Source: the human T2T-CHM13v2.0 reference genome, Homo sapiens. Taken from it: a DNA stretch of 64,000 nt. Both the position numbers and the translations under genes were made by a program. Below the pieces are notes generated by a model. It had not been told where the DNA came from. It saw only the letters and a program-made list of their open reading frames with translations, and did no database searches. The stretch is taken from the NCBI RefSeq assembly GCF_009914755.1, contig NC_060936.1. One strand, written 5' to 3'. Of the stretch, positions 42,471 to 54,915 are shown piece by piece; position 1 is the first letter of the stretch, and the number at the start of each line of letters is the position of its first letter.

Positions 42471-43765
42471 ATTTGTATATGTTACAAATTATGACTCAGT
42501 TTCCTTCATCTTCCTCCTCTTCCTTCTTGCAAATATCCTAGCACCATCTCAGTTGGAATTAGAAGTTCAGATTTATCATTTTAGAAATAATATAACAAAA
42601 ATTATTTGTCTGCATTGGTTCTGAATTCCCATTACCTTGGCAGGGGATGTCAACATTTTTGGAAGCTTGTCTTTTGAACTGAGGCTTAGGGAATTAATAT
42701 AATTTCAGGATATACATTAGACAGATAAAACAAAGAACGGGAGGAAAGTCATTCTAGGCAGAAATTACAAAGACAAAGTGGCCTGAAAGGCATGCCATGT
42801 TAAGGAACTTCAGGAAACTTAAAATGATTGCATTACCAAAAATGAGTGTCAAAAGAAAGGCTCAATATTGGGATCTACATAGGAAGCATGTAACTCTTTT
42901 TTCGGATGTACTTTGCTTTGGCACACAGGACAACTTACCCATTTTGCACCATATGAATTTTAAAGGCAGCTTCTTATTTTTATTCTCTGAAAAGAAAACC
43001 CACTTCACACTGCTTAATAAGAAATACAGGGTTTTCTGAAGATTTTGTAGAAATAATAGAGGTGGGAGTTTACAGTGTGTAGCAAGCACTCAACATTTTA
43101 TTAGAAAGTTCTCTGTGCAACATGTATTTCCTGATTCTTCTCACCTTCCAAGTAGTTGCTGCTTCTCCTCTCCACTCTTCAACTGCCCTCCTTTTCCCAA
43201 AGCTCATATTCTGTTAATGCCAGATCTACCCTAGGGCCCTTTCATCTCTCCCTTATTTTTAGGCAATATAATTTAGCTACTCTTTTCTGGCATCTGTCTC
43301 CAAGACTGCATATCTCTACTGAATCCTTAATACTGCTTTCAGAATGTAAAAGCCATTACACTGAGGATGAAAACAAAAGCTTCTCCCATTGCTGGAATCT
43401 GGCATCCCTAGAAAAAGAAATAATAGATTTTTTTCCTTTGTTAGAAGTACAATTGATAAGCATATGAAGGCCTGCATATAAGAAGTGAAGAAGAGTTAAA
43501 ATGAAAATTTGGCTGTTTCTTTGATTTCTTGTTTGTGGGATTAGAGACTGGTCTCAATAGTAAATTTATTTTCTTTTATTCTCCTTCACCATGATCTACA
43601 GCTTAATAACCATTGTATACATTAGTGAATGAAGGAAGAAACAGAGTATGAGAGGAATGAAATGTAGAGAAAAGCAAAGAAGCATTAGGATTGGAGGAAA
43701 GGAGATGAATTCAGTGTTGAATTTGAAATACTTACATTAGTTCCAGATTGAGGAATTCAATAAGT

Positions 43766-44253
43766 GCTAGTCAGCTATTGCTACTTTAATAATGCAGCAG
43801 TATAAATAATACCAAAATATCATGGCATATAACAACAAACATTTATTTCTCTCATGTATAGTTTATGGATCAGCTGAAGTTTAGCTGACATTGTCTGGTC
43901 GTGGTTGAATTTGGCTGGTTGGCTCCAGGCTGCAGGTGAGGTTGGAGTCTGCTCCCGGTGTCTCAATCTGGGACCAGCAGCTCATACGATATATTCTTCC
44001 CTTGCTGATGGCAGAAGCACATGAGGCCAAGCCACATCATGCAAGGACATTTAAAACTTTTCCTTGTTTCATGACCATTAACATTCCATTGGCCAAAACA
44101 AGTCACATGGCAAAGCTCAACATCAAAGTGGTGGGGAAATGAACTTCACCCACTCTAGTGAGAGATCTTGCTGAATTACTGGCACAGGATATGGTTGTAT
44201 TATCCTTTAACTGAGAGGTTTAAAGAATTGGGAGGAATAATTCAGTGTACCAT
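43766..44253 (-). mobile_element. MLT1 (I/H-like) LTR inserted in an antisense L2
   Basis: 'gtcagctattgct...aacaacaaacatttattt...attccattggccaaaacaagtcacatggc'; L2-like sequence on both sides. Confidence 0.65.
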
Positions 44254-47200
44254 AAATAGGCAGTTGAAAGGTGGGACTGGAGTTCAAAAGTGAGGAATTC
44301 ATAGTTGATAGTGGAAGCCTTAGGCATATTTTTCAGCACACAGAAGGGAGGGTATTGAATGATAAGACTGGCGCTGGAACCTTAGGATATGCCTCATTTA
44401 GGAAGTAAGTGCAGGATAAGGAGTATGAGAAGAACACTAGGAGGGTGGAATCAAAAGTGTAAAAGGGAGTTTTGTCAGAAGAAACAATCCAAGGCTTTAC
44501 AAGAAATTTTAATTGGTCTAATGATAAGCATTTCATGATTTTTTCCCTCTACTATCAACCCTCTACTTTTTTTCTCAGCCAGATAAGAGAACTGAAGTAT
44601 CTGCTGAAGTCTCTGATCCCATTTTCTTACCACTTGATTCTTATTATAGCAAAACAAGTATTATAAAGGAGCAGATAGAGTTAATTTTGGCTCTCTGTTA
44701 AGCCTTTAAAACACACACAAAGAGGGTTATTCACTAGTCCACAAAGCTTCTATATACAAACACATACACATATATCTCAATTTAGTATATGTTTACTATG
44801 AAGGATCTGAAATATCACATATTAAATATGTTATATGGTCAGCCTCATGGAATAATGCACACTTTTATTCATTTGCTGTGACTCATCACTTCATAAGCAC
44901 TGGGAGGACCCTAACCACAACTGTGCAAAAGCTTCCATAATAAAACCACAATGGGCACTGCACAAATTGCCTTTTTTAGATTTGGGGTTTCATTGCAATT
45001 GGGAATTTTGGATGAATTTTCTTGAGGCTTGGCTTGAGGAACTCTCAGTTGCTCTTGGAAAATCCTGAATCTGGTATATGGCTTTAGGTAGAAGATATGC
45101 TCTAAAGCTCAGGACTGGATGGTGGTGGTGGTGTTAGTGTGTGGTGGACTCCATAGAAAATTATTTGTGGAAAGAGCTATTTTTCCGTCTTAGGCATGCA
45201 TTGAGAAGAGAAAGTGACAGTTCAGGTCAGATTTATTGAGCATCTATTTAATACTACTTGTAATTGTTCTTGTCACTCCCCTGTTGAAAATCCTTATAGA
45301 TGAAGTCTAAATTTTCTGACATGATATGTCAGGTGTCGATTTATTGCCTCTAATTTTCCCTGTTTAACATACCATGTGGTTTTCGTCTCCTGCTTGGACC
45401 AAGGCTGACACATATGGATCTAGGGATCACATCAACCCATCCTAGCTTTGCCCTCCAGCTTCATCTCTCATCCTTCCTCTCTCAGATTTGACTCTTCAGT
45501 CATACCTTGCCTCTCATCTCTGGCCTGGGTCACCCTTTCTCTTACCCTACTTTGTTCTTCCTACACTTTCATCAGTAAATCCCACTTATCCTCAACATGT
45601 CAGAAAGCAATCATTTCTTCTGGAAAGTCTTTCCTGAATTAGTCAGTACTGTTGGGTGACTTTCCCAAGTGCTCCTGTAACCAGCTTTTAGTTCTCATCA
45701 CCCTATGTTGCAGTGACCAGTTTCCTTCTCTTTCTCCCATGAAATATGCTCCTGGGAAGTCTAGAGATTGTATCTTTCTCCTTTATAACTTCAGCTCCCA
45801 GCTGGTCCCAGGCACATGAACCCAATGGTACCTCATATGTATTTGCTGAATAAATGCCTAAATAACAAGGTGCCTATCTTTAGGGAGATAATAATCTGCA
45901 CAAAACATTAGTGCACTGAACACTGGTTGAACTTAAAAATGTAATTCTGAGTTGTTTAGACAAAGCTGGCTGGAGAAGGCAGTATTTGAGCTGGTCTTTA
46001 AGGGTTTCATGAGGCAGAGTGAGGAGTTAAGAATGGAGAAAACAGAATAAACAAATACATAAAGAAGACCTCATTTATGGCATGTTCTGGACATATGAAA
46101 AGAATCTCAGTTTTCTGGGATGGTCAGGTGCATGATGAGAAACATAAATGTGGCAAAGAAGTGTGAACAGGAGATTTGGGGCCAGATTCTGGAAGGCCTC
46201 AAAATATACGCAGAAATGGTGGTTATAAACAGGTGGTTCCACAGTATGAGCATCATCTGGGAATTTGTAAAAAATGCAGTTCAATTCTAATGCACACCAT
46301 AGCTTGAGAACTACTCTTCTAAAGTATTGAGACTTTTCCTTCTTAACCCAACCTGCCATTGCTGTGTCTGTGTTTACTATAGAACATCTTTTCCAAATCT
46401 CCTTAGGGCTGCTGTACTTTGAGGTTAATTTGCCCAGATAAATAAAACGTGGTGCATCCTGCTGGCTTCTGGATCATATGTCAGACATCTTCAGAGAAGT
46501 CTGACCTCAAAAATTAGCCCCAGTCCATAATTTCCACATTAGCACATCCTATTCTCTCTCGAGTTCCCAAGTTTCCCCTCCTTATAGAGATTGTTTCTGG
46601 GATTCCTCTGCTTCAACATTTCCAAGGGAAGAAAAGCCAAACTCTCAGAAATATTTGGGTGTGGAGTCATGGACCACTGCTCTTCCTAAATCTGTTCCCC
46701 TAGAATTCAGCAAGTTTATACTGATGCCTACACTGTCATTTAAAGAAACAAGGTCATGTGTCCACAGACTGCACACTGAGGTCAACCTTCCCTTTCCTTC
46801 ATTCTCGGGGAGACCTAATATCCAGGATTAGCAAGAAGATGGTGTGTTAAATCTCTGCTAGTTGAGCTGCCCACTTTCCTCAAGGGTGGTCCTGGTTTGC
46901 TGCTGCTGTGAACTTTTGATTTCTTAGATAATCCAAATCTATTCCCCTCTGTCAAGTTTTATTCCCTTCTTTCCACCCTCATCCAACACAGAAGTGTCTT
47001 AACTACCCAGTTACAAGTTTCCTAAGTCCCAGCCTTTACTTTTGAATTGCTCATTATTCTTGTGATTAGCGAAAATGTCTTTCCCATTGGATTGTGAATT
47101 CTATGAGGTTAGGGACCACTTCTGATTTCTTCACTGCTGCATCCCTGTGTTTTATAAGAGGGCCCAGAACACAGTGGGTGCCTAATAACAATTTTTAAAA

Positions 47201-47409
47201 TTCTATCACTGAAGGAGTGATGTGGTGTTATAATGCAAGTCAAAAGAGTTTACCTCTTAGTAGCCCTGGGGCCCAGAGCCATGTAATAGTAGGCACTAAA
47301 TAAATGATTATTAATACCTTGGCACATGTTATTTCCCTCTCCTTGGACTGACTTCCTTCATTTCTGGACCTACTAAAATCCTCATCCTTCTTCAAGACTC
47401 CAGTCATGG

Positions 47410-47575
47410 TGACTGCATAAGACCACATGGGTTGTACATCTCACAATTCCAGGGAATGCTATTCAGACGAGATTGGCTGCATTCAGAGTGGTATGCCTGT
47501 AGACCAGAGAATGCTATTCAAATAGTCTGTGATGTGAAAGGCACCCCACTGGAGTTGTGCAATATAAAACCCTTC
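47410..47575. mobile_element. MER91-type palindromic hAT MITE, interrupted by a 5S rRNA fragment
   Basis: Arms 'cacaattccaggg' and 'ccactggagttgtgcaa'. Confidence 0.6.
47463..47504 (-). pseudogene. Tailless 5S rRNA retropseudogene (5S nt 1-42) with 16-bp TSD
   Basis: Minus strand gtctacaggcataccactctgaatgcagccaatctcgtctga versus 5S GTCTACGGCCATACCACCCTGAACGCGCCCGATCTCGTCTGA (35/42; 4 of 7 changes at CpG). TSD cag(g/a)gaatgctattca at 47450-47465 and 47505-47520. Confidence 0.9.
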
Positions 47576-48529
47576 CCAGTTCAATTGTCTCTTCTACCAG
47601 GAAGCTTTTCTGGGTGCAGACTGTAATCTCCACGGGGCAGTGATTTTTGTCTTACCCAGCACCTAGAACAGTGCCTGGCTCATAGCAAGCAGAGAATGAA
47701 TGTTTGTTGAATGCATGAATGAGCTCCTCAGTGATGAAAAGTTGTTTGTCCTCCGTGCCTCACACCTTGTCCCTGCTTGTTGTTGAGCGACTGTTTCGTG
47801 TGGAATGATGTTCGAAAGTTCAGTCATAATTATGATGCAGTTCCCAATGATTTGGGACCTTAGTTGTGCTTTTTTATACTGGAAAGTGAGGGCTTCAGAG
47901 AGCCTGTAATTGCAGGACTGAAGACTTTATACCACTTCTATATCCAGGTGGATCAACTCTACATAGAAATTTTTGGAAATTGTGCACACCCATGTTTTAA
48001 TGTGGTCTGGAAGTTTTACTTCAGGGTGTGGTACACGCAGTTGAGGCCACAAATCATGGTTTGTGAGAAGTACTGTTTTGAGAGCAAAGGCACTGGAAAC
48101 TTGGATAGGAAGCACGAATAAGCCCTAATGGAGGACAGCAATGCTCAGAGGCTCCCAGCCCAGCCCCAAACTTTAGGCACAATCACCCACCAGCATTGCT
48201 GCCTTGAATTATATGAAAGGGTGGTGTTCAATGTTCCAAAAAGTTAGAGAAGGGAGGGACTGGTGTCATAAGCTCAGGTGACCACACCTCATATTTCTGG
48301 TAGAACCAGCTGGATATGCAATTTCATGTTTTGTGTAGTTAGGGGTCTCAGACAGATCTTGCAAGAATCATCTGTTCCCTTGCATAAGCTACAGAGCCCA
48401 ATAATCTATCCATGCTTTATTGGACACATCTCACTTGACAGGCTATTTATGCAGAGATGTCTTCTATTGGCCTGAGGGGGAAAAAAAAAAAAAAAACGGT
48501 GATACAATCCTCCAGTTTAGAGTTTAGGA

Positions 48530-48750
48530 CAGGTGTCAGCAAACTATGCCCCTGAGTCAAATCTGGCCTACATCCTGTTTTTGTAAATAGAGTTTTATTG
48601 GAACACAGCTATGCTCATTGTTTACCTACTGTCTATGGCTGCTTTCACTCTACAACAGCAGAGTTGAGTAGTTGAGATAGAGACTGCATGGTCCACAAAG
48701 CTGTTAAGTATTTCTTTTCTGGCCCTTTACAGAAAGCTTGCCAACCCCTG
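48530..48750. mobile_element. MER58A hAT-Charlie MITE
   Basis: TIRs caggtgtcagcaa...ttgccaacccctg; 8-bp flanks gtttagga/acttagga. Confidence 0.85.
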
Positions 48751-49234
48751 ACTTAGGAAATGAAGCTTCCCTCTGCCAGTTAGAGGTGCCCTATTGCAAT
48801 TGCCTGTCATTTTAACTCTCACAATAAGTTTAAATTCCATGATGGTTGGGAAGCATCTATCTTGCACACTGCTGTATCCACAGGAACGGTTGCATAGTAA
48901 GTGCTTACTACATATTAGTCAAATTAATTAATTAACAGTTAAAAAGGTGGACAAATTAGAGTGGAAATAAAATATCCCCTCGAGAGGCACAGAAATTACC
49001 AGTAATTTGAAATCTACATTGATTTCTTGAGATCAGATAATTCACTTTTGTTGTTTAATTTTTTTACCACCAAGAGCTCCAGAAAAGTTACATGTTAAGT
49101 AAATGTTCAACTATTGATTTATATGCACCTAACAACTTTCATTTTAATTTTAGAAATGTTTGTATAGAAAATTGTGACCTTCGAGATGAAATAAAATATA
49201 TACTTACCAAGTCCCAAATCCCCTTTCAGAGACA

Positions 49235-49236
<2 letters not shown>

Positions 49237-49274
<38 letters not shown>

Positions 49275-49553
49275 AGACGGAGTTTCGCTCTTGTCGCCCA
49301 GGCTGGAGCACAATGGAGCAATCTCGGCTCACTGCAACCTCCACCTCCTGGTTCAAGCAATTCTCTTGCCTCAGCCTCCTGAGTAGCTGGGATTACAGGC
49401 GCCCGCCACCATGCCTGACTAATTTTTGTATTTTAGTAGAGACGGGGTTCTGCCACGTTGGCCAGGCTAGTCTTGAACTCCTGACCTCAGGTGATCCGCC
49501 CACCTCAGCCTCCCAAAGTGCTGGGATTATAGACGTGAGCCACGGCGCTCAGC
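49237..49553 (-). mobile_element. AluSq/Sp-like with long poly-T and TSD
   Basis: 'gagtttcgctcttgtcgccc'; tcagagacatctt at 49226-49238 and 49554-49566. Confidence 0.93.
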
Positions 49554-49587
49554 TCAGAGACATCTTAACATCATTGCACTTACCTAC

Positions 49588-49991
49588 TGTACTAGTTTAC
49601 TCTGACTGTTATAATAAAATACCACAGACCAGGTGGCTTAAACAACAGAAATTTATTTTCTCGTAGTTCTGGAATCTGGGAGTACAAGATCAAGGTGTTG
49701 ATGGGGATGGCTTCTTCTGAAGCCCCTTTCCTTGACTTAGAGATGGCTGTCTTCTGCCTGTGTCTTCACATGGTCTTTCCTCTGTGCCTGTACATCCCTG
49801 GTATCTCTCTCTGTGTCCAAATGTCATCTTCTTTAAAGACATCAGTCAGATTAGATCAAGGCCACTCTCACACCCTCCTTATAATTTAATCACCTCTTTA
49901 AAGACCATATCTCCAAATGCAGTCACACTCTGAGGTACCGGGGGTTAGGGCTTCAACACGTTAATGGGAGGGCACAATTTAGCCCACGACA
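49588..49991 (-). mobile_element. MLT1B MaLR solo LTR with 5-bp TSD
   Basis: tg...ca termini; cctac at 49583-49587 and 49992-49996; 'ggtggcttaaacaacagaaatttattttctc'. Confidence 0.88.
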
Positions 49992-50303
49992 CCTACATAT
50001 CTCTGTATGCTTTCTGCTTTTACACAAGGCTTGAGTACTTGCATGAAATCACATGTGAGGTGACTATCACATCACTGACCACTGAAAATAATGTGGCCAA
50101 TCCTGCCAGCTGGGGATGTGCACTCCTCACTACCTTCTCTATCAAAGGAATTCAAATTTTTTCTGGGTCAAGGGTTTACCAATGACTGTTCCTCCAGTTA
50201 AACTTTCAACCAAGTCTTCAAGGTCAAGGTTTGCCCTGTACAGACAAATCACATAAATACTTTCAAGGTACTACATATGTTTCAAAATGGGAGAAAAAAA
50301 GAT

Positions 50304-50339
50304 GGTGGGGGTGGGGGGGTGGGGGGGTGGGGGGTGGGG
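50304..50339 (+). other. Strong G-quadruplex motif (G5-T-G7-T-G7-T-G6-T-G4)
   Basis: Five G-runs of 4 or more separated by single T loops. Confidence 0.85.
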
Positions 50340-50511
50340 TAAGCATGTTGACATCCAATGTAGTCCCAGCAACTCTGGAGGCTGAGGTGGGAGGATGACT
50401 TGAGCCTGGAGTTCGAGGATGCGGTGAATGGTGATCACACTGCCGCACTCCATCCTGGGCAACAGAGCAAGTTCCTCTCTCTCTTAAAAAAAAAAAAAAA
50501 AAAAAAAAAAA
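50340..50511 (+). mobile_element. Alu monomer (FLAM/FRAM-like) with poly-A tail
   Basis: Single arm 'tgtagtcccagcaactctggaggctgaggtgggaggatgacttgagcctggag' plus an A-tail; aaaaaaagatgg on both sides. Confidence 0.85.
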
Positions 50512-50694
50512 GATGGGGGACTATTTAACCTAACTGTTCAACCATTGGAAATTGATTAGACTCATTATAATACAGCCATAGTATGGGATGGGATGTGATG
50601 TAGTCTTTTTTAAAGTTTACTAAAGAATATTTAGTGATCCTGAAGGCTCTGTACAATATTGTTAAAGGGAAAAAAATCAAGCCACAAAACAAAA

Positions 50695-51140
50695 TGTATT
50701 CACTTATTTAATAAATATTTATTGAACACTGGCTATGGTCAGGCAGGCGATGTTTTAGGTTGTAGGGATTTGATGGTGAACAAAGCAAAGTATCTGCCTG
50801 TGTGGAGCTTAAACTGCAGTAGGAAATACTGATAACAAACAAATGACTATAAAACATGCTATCAGCTCATGTAGTGCATTGAAGGAAAATAAAGCAGAAC
50901 AAGAAATCGAAGAATGGCAAAGAGAAACAATTGTTTTTGCTCATTTGGTCAGGAAGGTTTCTTGGAGGGAACGACATTTGAACAGTGACCTGACGCAGGT
51001 GTGAATGCTGGTCATTGGAGGGTCCGGGGGAAGAACATTCCATGAGGGGAAAACCGCAGATGCAAAGGTCATGAGGTGGAAATATGCCTGGCGTGTTGGG
51101 AGAATCTCAAGGGGGCCAGTGTGGTTGGAATGGAGTAAAA
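50695..51140 (-). mobile_element. L2 3' end (antisense)
   Basis: 'tattcacttatttaataaatatttattgaacact' and 'gacatttgaacagtgacctga'. Confidence 0.75.
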
Positions 51141-53008
51141 CAAAGGCTTGTATGCCAGGAACAGCATGATTTCAGCCCTGTGGAAATACAATAAGTGTAG
51201 AGAAAAAAAATTCTAAGGAGAGATAGCAAGATTATGACACTATAGGTCATCTTGATTTCCTTTCTTTTGATTGCCTACAATATTCTAAATTTTCTGCCAC
51301 GTGTGTATTACTTTAGAAAGATAAAAATAATGAACGTTTTTATACAAAAGTTTCTGTGGAGCTCAATACCTTTGCCCTGGATGCTCTGATTGGTTGCTGG
51401 GTGTTTAGACAGCCACTCTGGCTGTGCCTCATTCCAGGAACAGGGGAGAACCCCCAGCTGGGAAAGCCAGAGGGAGGTGCTTATTCAGATGCTCTCAGGC
51501 AGACAGAGCAGGCTGATTTACAGTTAGCGGTGAAGGTGCTAATGTGTCCTCTCAATGGCATCTCCCGCTATCAGCTATCAATATGTGTTAGCAGAATCTA
51601 ATAACGACCTAATTGGCAACAGAGATCTGAACAGATGTCTCACTTAATAAAAAGGCTTTGTGGCCAGCAAGCTGACCCCTTTTGGGCTTAGCTGGGCTTT
51701 GGTACTTTGTGTGTGACCCCTTTTGGCAGTTGTCATTAATCAGTCAGACAAACTGGTTGATTGTTGATTGCTGTGTGTACCAAGTCTGCGGGTCAAACCT
51801 GGACCCCTGGAGTGTACTTAGACCAGGTTCCCTGAACTCTGACCACGGCCTTGTCTTCTGTCATCTCATTTAATACACGCACAGGCTAGACTCAAGGGCT
51901 TTATTGGCATCAATTATAAATAGCTATTGTAGCCAGATTCTTCACCCACCCATTCACCCTGTGAATCCCTGGTGGATTACTATGGACCCTTCATCGCATA
52001 GATTTAAGTAAGTACAGAGGTTGTTACTGGTGCTTATCTCTCTCCTTAACAAACAGGGTCTGTGTGTGGTGGGAAGCAAACTGGCCTGAGGTTCCATCCA
52101 CTGGTAGAAATGACCCCAAAGACTTCCCATGCAGGGAGGGCAAAGAAGAAAGTGCTTTGGAATGGAGATACCCCTTTTCCTCCTCCTGAATGTATCAGGT
52201 AAGGTCAAGATGATGGTAATCAGCTTGCAAAGGCATTTTATCTTCCAAACTTCTGCTTGAATCAATTATGTTGGTGAATAGAATATGCTATTGTTAAGAG
52301 AATAGTCTCCTTACAGAGGCTTAAGCAACCAAATAGCAGAATTAATGTGCATGATATTAAGAATAAATGCCCAGAGACAGCATTCGGAACACAAGTAGAG
52401 CATTTCCCTGAGAATGAAAACGTTGAAAGGTTTGTATTCTGTAATCCTAATTTCAAAGTTCACAAGTAGTCAATAAAAAAGGAAAAGATAGTTGCATGGT
52501 CAAATAAATTTGGGCCTTGCTAGGTTTGACACATTGAGCCAGGTTGTTTTACTGCAGAATTTATCAGAACCTTTGATATGTAAGATAATTAATGGAAGTG
52601 TTATTTTGACTTAACCCTTCTTACAAAAGAGTGGTATTGGGTAGAATACAGGTCAATCTTTATACAGAAGCTGACATGCATCTTTTTTTTCTAATTTTTG
52701 ATATTTAGTGGTTCACAAATTTCTGATTAAAGAGAGTAAGTTGAATTTTTTTCAGGCTTCCCATTAATCTCACCAGTAATAAGCATAGTTTTCTGAATCA
52801 ATGAAGAGATGGAATACATGGACAAAATGGAATGGAAAAGTAGATCAGCAAAATGTTCTCAAGAGTCTTGTTGCTTCCTCTCTGGCTCTATTTTTGTTAT
52901 TGTGTGATTCTGGGCAATTTCCTGTTATTATTACACTTATTGTTGTCAGAGGAAACCAATTCGTTTTAATATTAGCCTGAGCAAAACATAATTAGGAAGA
53001 GAATCTGC

Positions 53009-53555
53009 TACCAAAAAGGAAACACGTATGTGCTACTTTGCATTCCAAAGCCCAGTACTCAGATAAACACTCACACGCGCGCGCACACACACACGGGCAC
53101 ACACACAGAGGAGTCCTCGCCACACAATCTCAAAACATCCTGCCAAGCCAATAAAAAGCAGTCTTAGCCACTCCAAGGAAAAACAGCCTGAAAACCAGAT
53201 GATTTACCAAGCTTTTCACGCTTCCTACTTTTATTTTGGAAGAGGAAAGAGAAGAGGTGATAGAGAAAGGGAGAAAAAAGAAGGGGATTGGCAAGGGAAC
53301 AGCTTGGAGGCTGACGGCTGAACTTCCGGCCTTCTTTTCTTAGATCTCTCAGTACTCCAGGCTCACTACTGACATTTGTCTCTTGTGAGCTGAAACCTCT
53401 GGGTACTTGAAAGTCCATCATATCCATTCGTGTGCTAAGGCTTCCTTCTTTCTCCCTTCTCTCCCTCTTTTTGCCCTCTCTTCGTAACAAAAGGCATTTC
53501 TCTTAACTGATTGCGCTGTTCACCCACCTTGGAAGGATCACCATTTCCTGGACAG
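53009..53555 (+). repeat. Copy 1 (probable donor) of a ~545-bp dispersed direct duplication
   Basis: Aligns to 59266-59805 with about 26 substitutions, an 18-bp indel and CA-repeat length differences (manual count). Confidence 0.97.
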
Positions 53556-53609
53556 ATGCAAGAGGTGGGAAAGGGTCCGGCGAAGGAGGGACAGGGAACT
53601 GGCAGGCGA

Positions 53610-53840
53610 GGAATGCCAATTCTATCAGGCTGTGTTAGGTCTTTTCATGGTTTATTTTATTTAATACACACAATCATAGTCTAAGATAGGCACTGTTATC
53701 ATCCCATTCTACAGATGAGGAAATCAGGCTTACCCAGGCTAAGGAATTGCTCAAGGTTACAAGGTTAGGAAGTATTGGAGGCAGGATTTAAATACAGACA
53801 AGTTTACTAACTTTAAAGCCAGTACTTTTACCCACAATCC
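53610..53840 (-). mobile_element. MIR
   Basis: 'atcccattctacagatgaggaaatcaggct'. Confidence 0.75.
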
Positions 53841-53934
53841 TAATGTACTTCATTTAACTTCTTCAGGCTTCAGGGTTCCTATGTATGAAATAGAGATTAT
53901 CCCTATTTTCACTCTTGTCCCTCCAGTATTCTCT

Positions 53935-54410
53935 ACACAGTAGATAGAAAGATAGCAGCCATTTGAACTGGGCTCAGCTTCCAGGGGCATGACATAAAAT
54001 TAATGTCTGCAGTCAGCCTGTATGGGCTGGTATGGATGTACTCCACAAAATCCTCAGGGAGCTGAGCTTCTTCTAACTCCACACTGTCCGATCCAGAGGG
54101 GTGACCCTTGTCTTCATAGTCCAATATAGCAGCTGGTCTATCAACCGTCACATCTGCATTCTAGGCAGAGGATGAAGAACAAAGTAAAGAAGGAAAAGGT
54201 CAAAACCACCTATCTTTTAAGCATGACTTTTGAATTACCCCATCACACTTCCACTGGTCCATTGGCCAGACTTAGTGTTACGGCTATACCTGCCTGCAGG
54301 GAAGGCTGGGAAATATAGTCTTTATTCTGTGATGCCATGCATCCAGCTAAAATTGTGGGTTTTCTATCATGAAGGAAGGAAGGAATGGTTACTAGGGATA
54401 GTGCACAGTG
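53935..54410 (-). mobile_element. Old MLT1 LTR fragment
   Basis: 'ccattggccagacttagtgttacggctatacctgcctgcagggaaggctgggaaatatagtctttattctg'. Confidence 0.65.
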
Positions 54411-54414
54411 TCTG

Positions 54415-54915
54415 CAAGAGGAACCCTTTCAAAATGTAAGTCAGATCATGTTACTCTGCTGAAAACTGGGTAAAGCCTTCCCACTCGCTCAGGCTGAAAG
54501 CCAACGTCTTTGCAGTGTCCAACAAGGCCTTCCATGCCTTGTTCTCAAGAGTCATTGCTTCCTTTCTGGCTGGGCCCTTCCTCTCATCTGGACCCTTTGT
54601 TCCTTAAGTCTCTGCTCAAACACCACTTCATCGGGACCACCCTACAGAAAACAGTATCCACTCCCCTATGACTCTCTGTACCCTTTACCTGGCTTTATTT
54701 TTGTTTTCTACTTTTATCCCCACCTTATCCCATCTGACATAGTCTATATTTGTTCAATTTGCTTATTGTCTATTTTCCTACTAGAATAGAAGCTCAGTGA
54801 GAGCTACAACCTCATCTGTTTTTTTCACTGCTTTATATCACAGGGCCTAGAACAGTGGCAGGCACACCGTAGACATCCAATAGACAAGAGTTGAATAGAT
54901 GAATAAATGATTGAA
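54415..54915 (+). mobile_element. L2 3' portion
   Basis: 'ttcaaaatgtaagtcagatcatgttactctgct' and 'gcctagaacagtggcaggcacaccgtag...gttgaatagatgaat'. Confidence 0.75.

Noticed and set aside
42631-42647. U1 snRNA 5'-end-like 'ttaccttggcagggga'
   Set aside because: Only about 15 nt with an indel, no extension and no TSD; compatible with chance.
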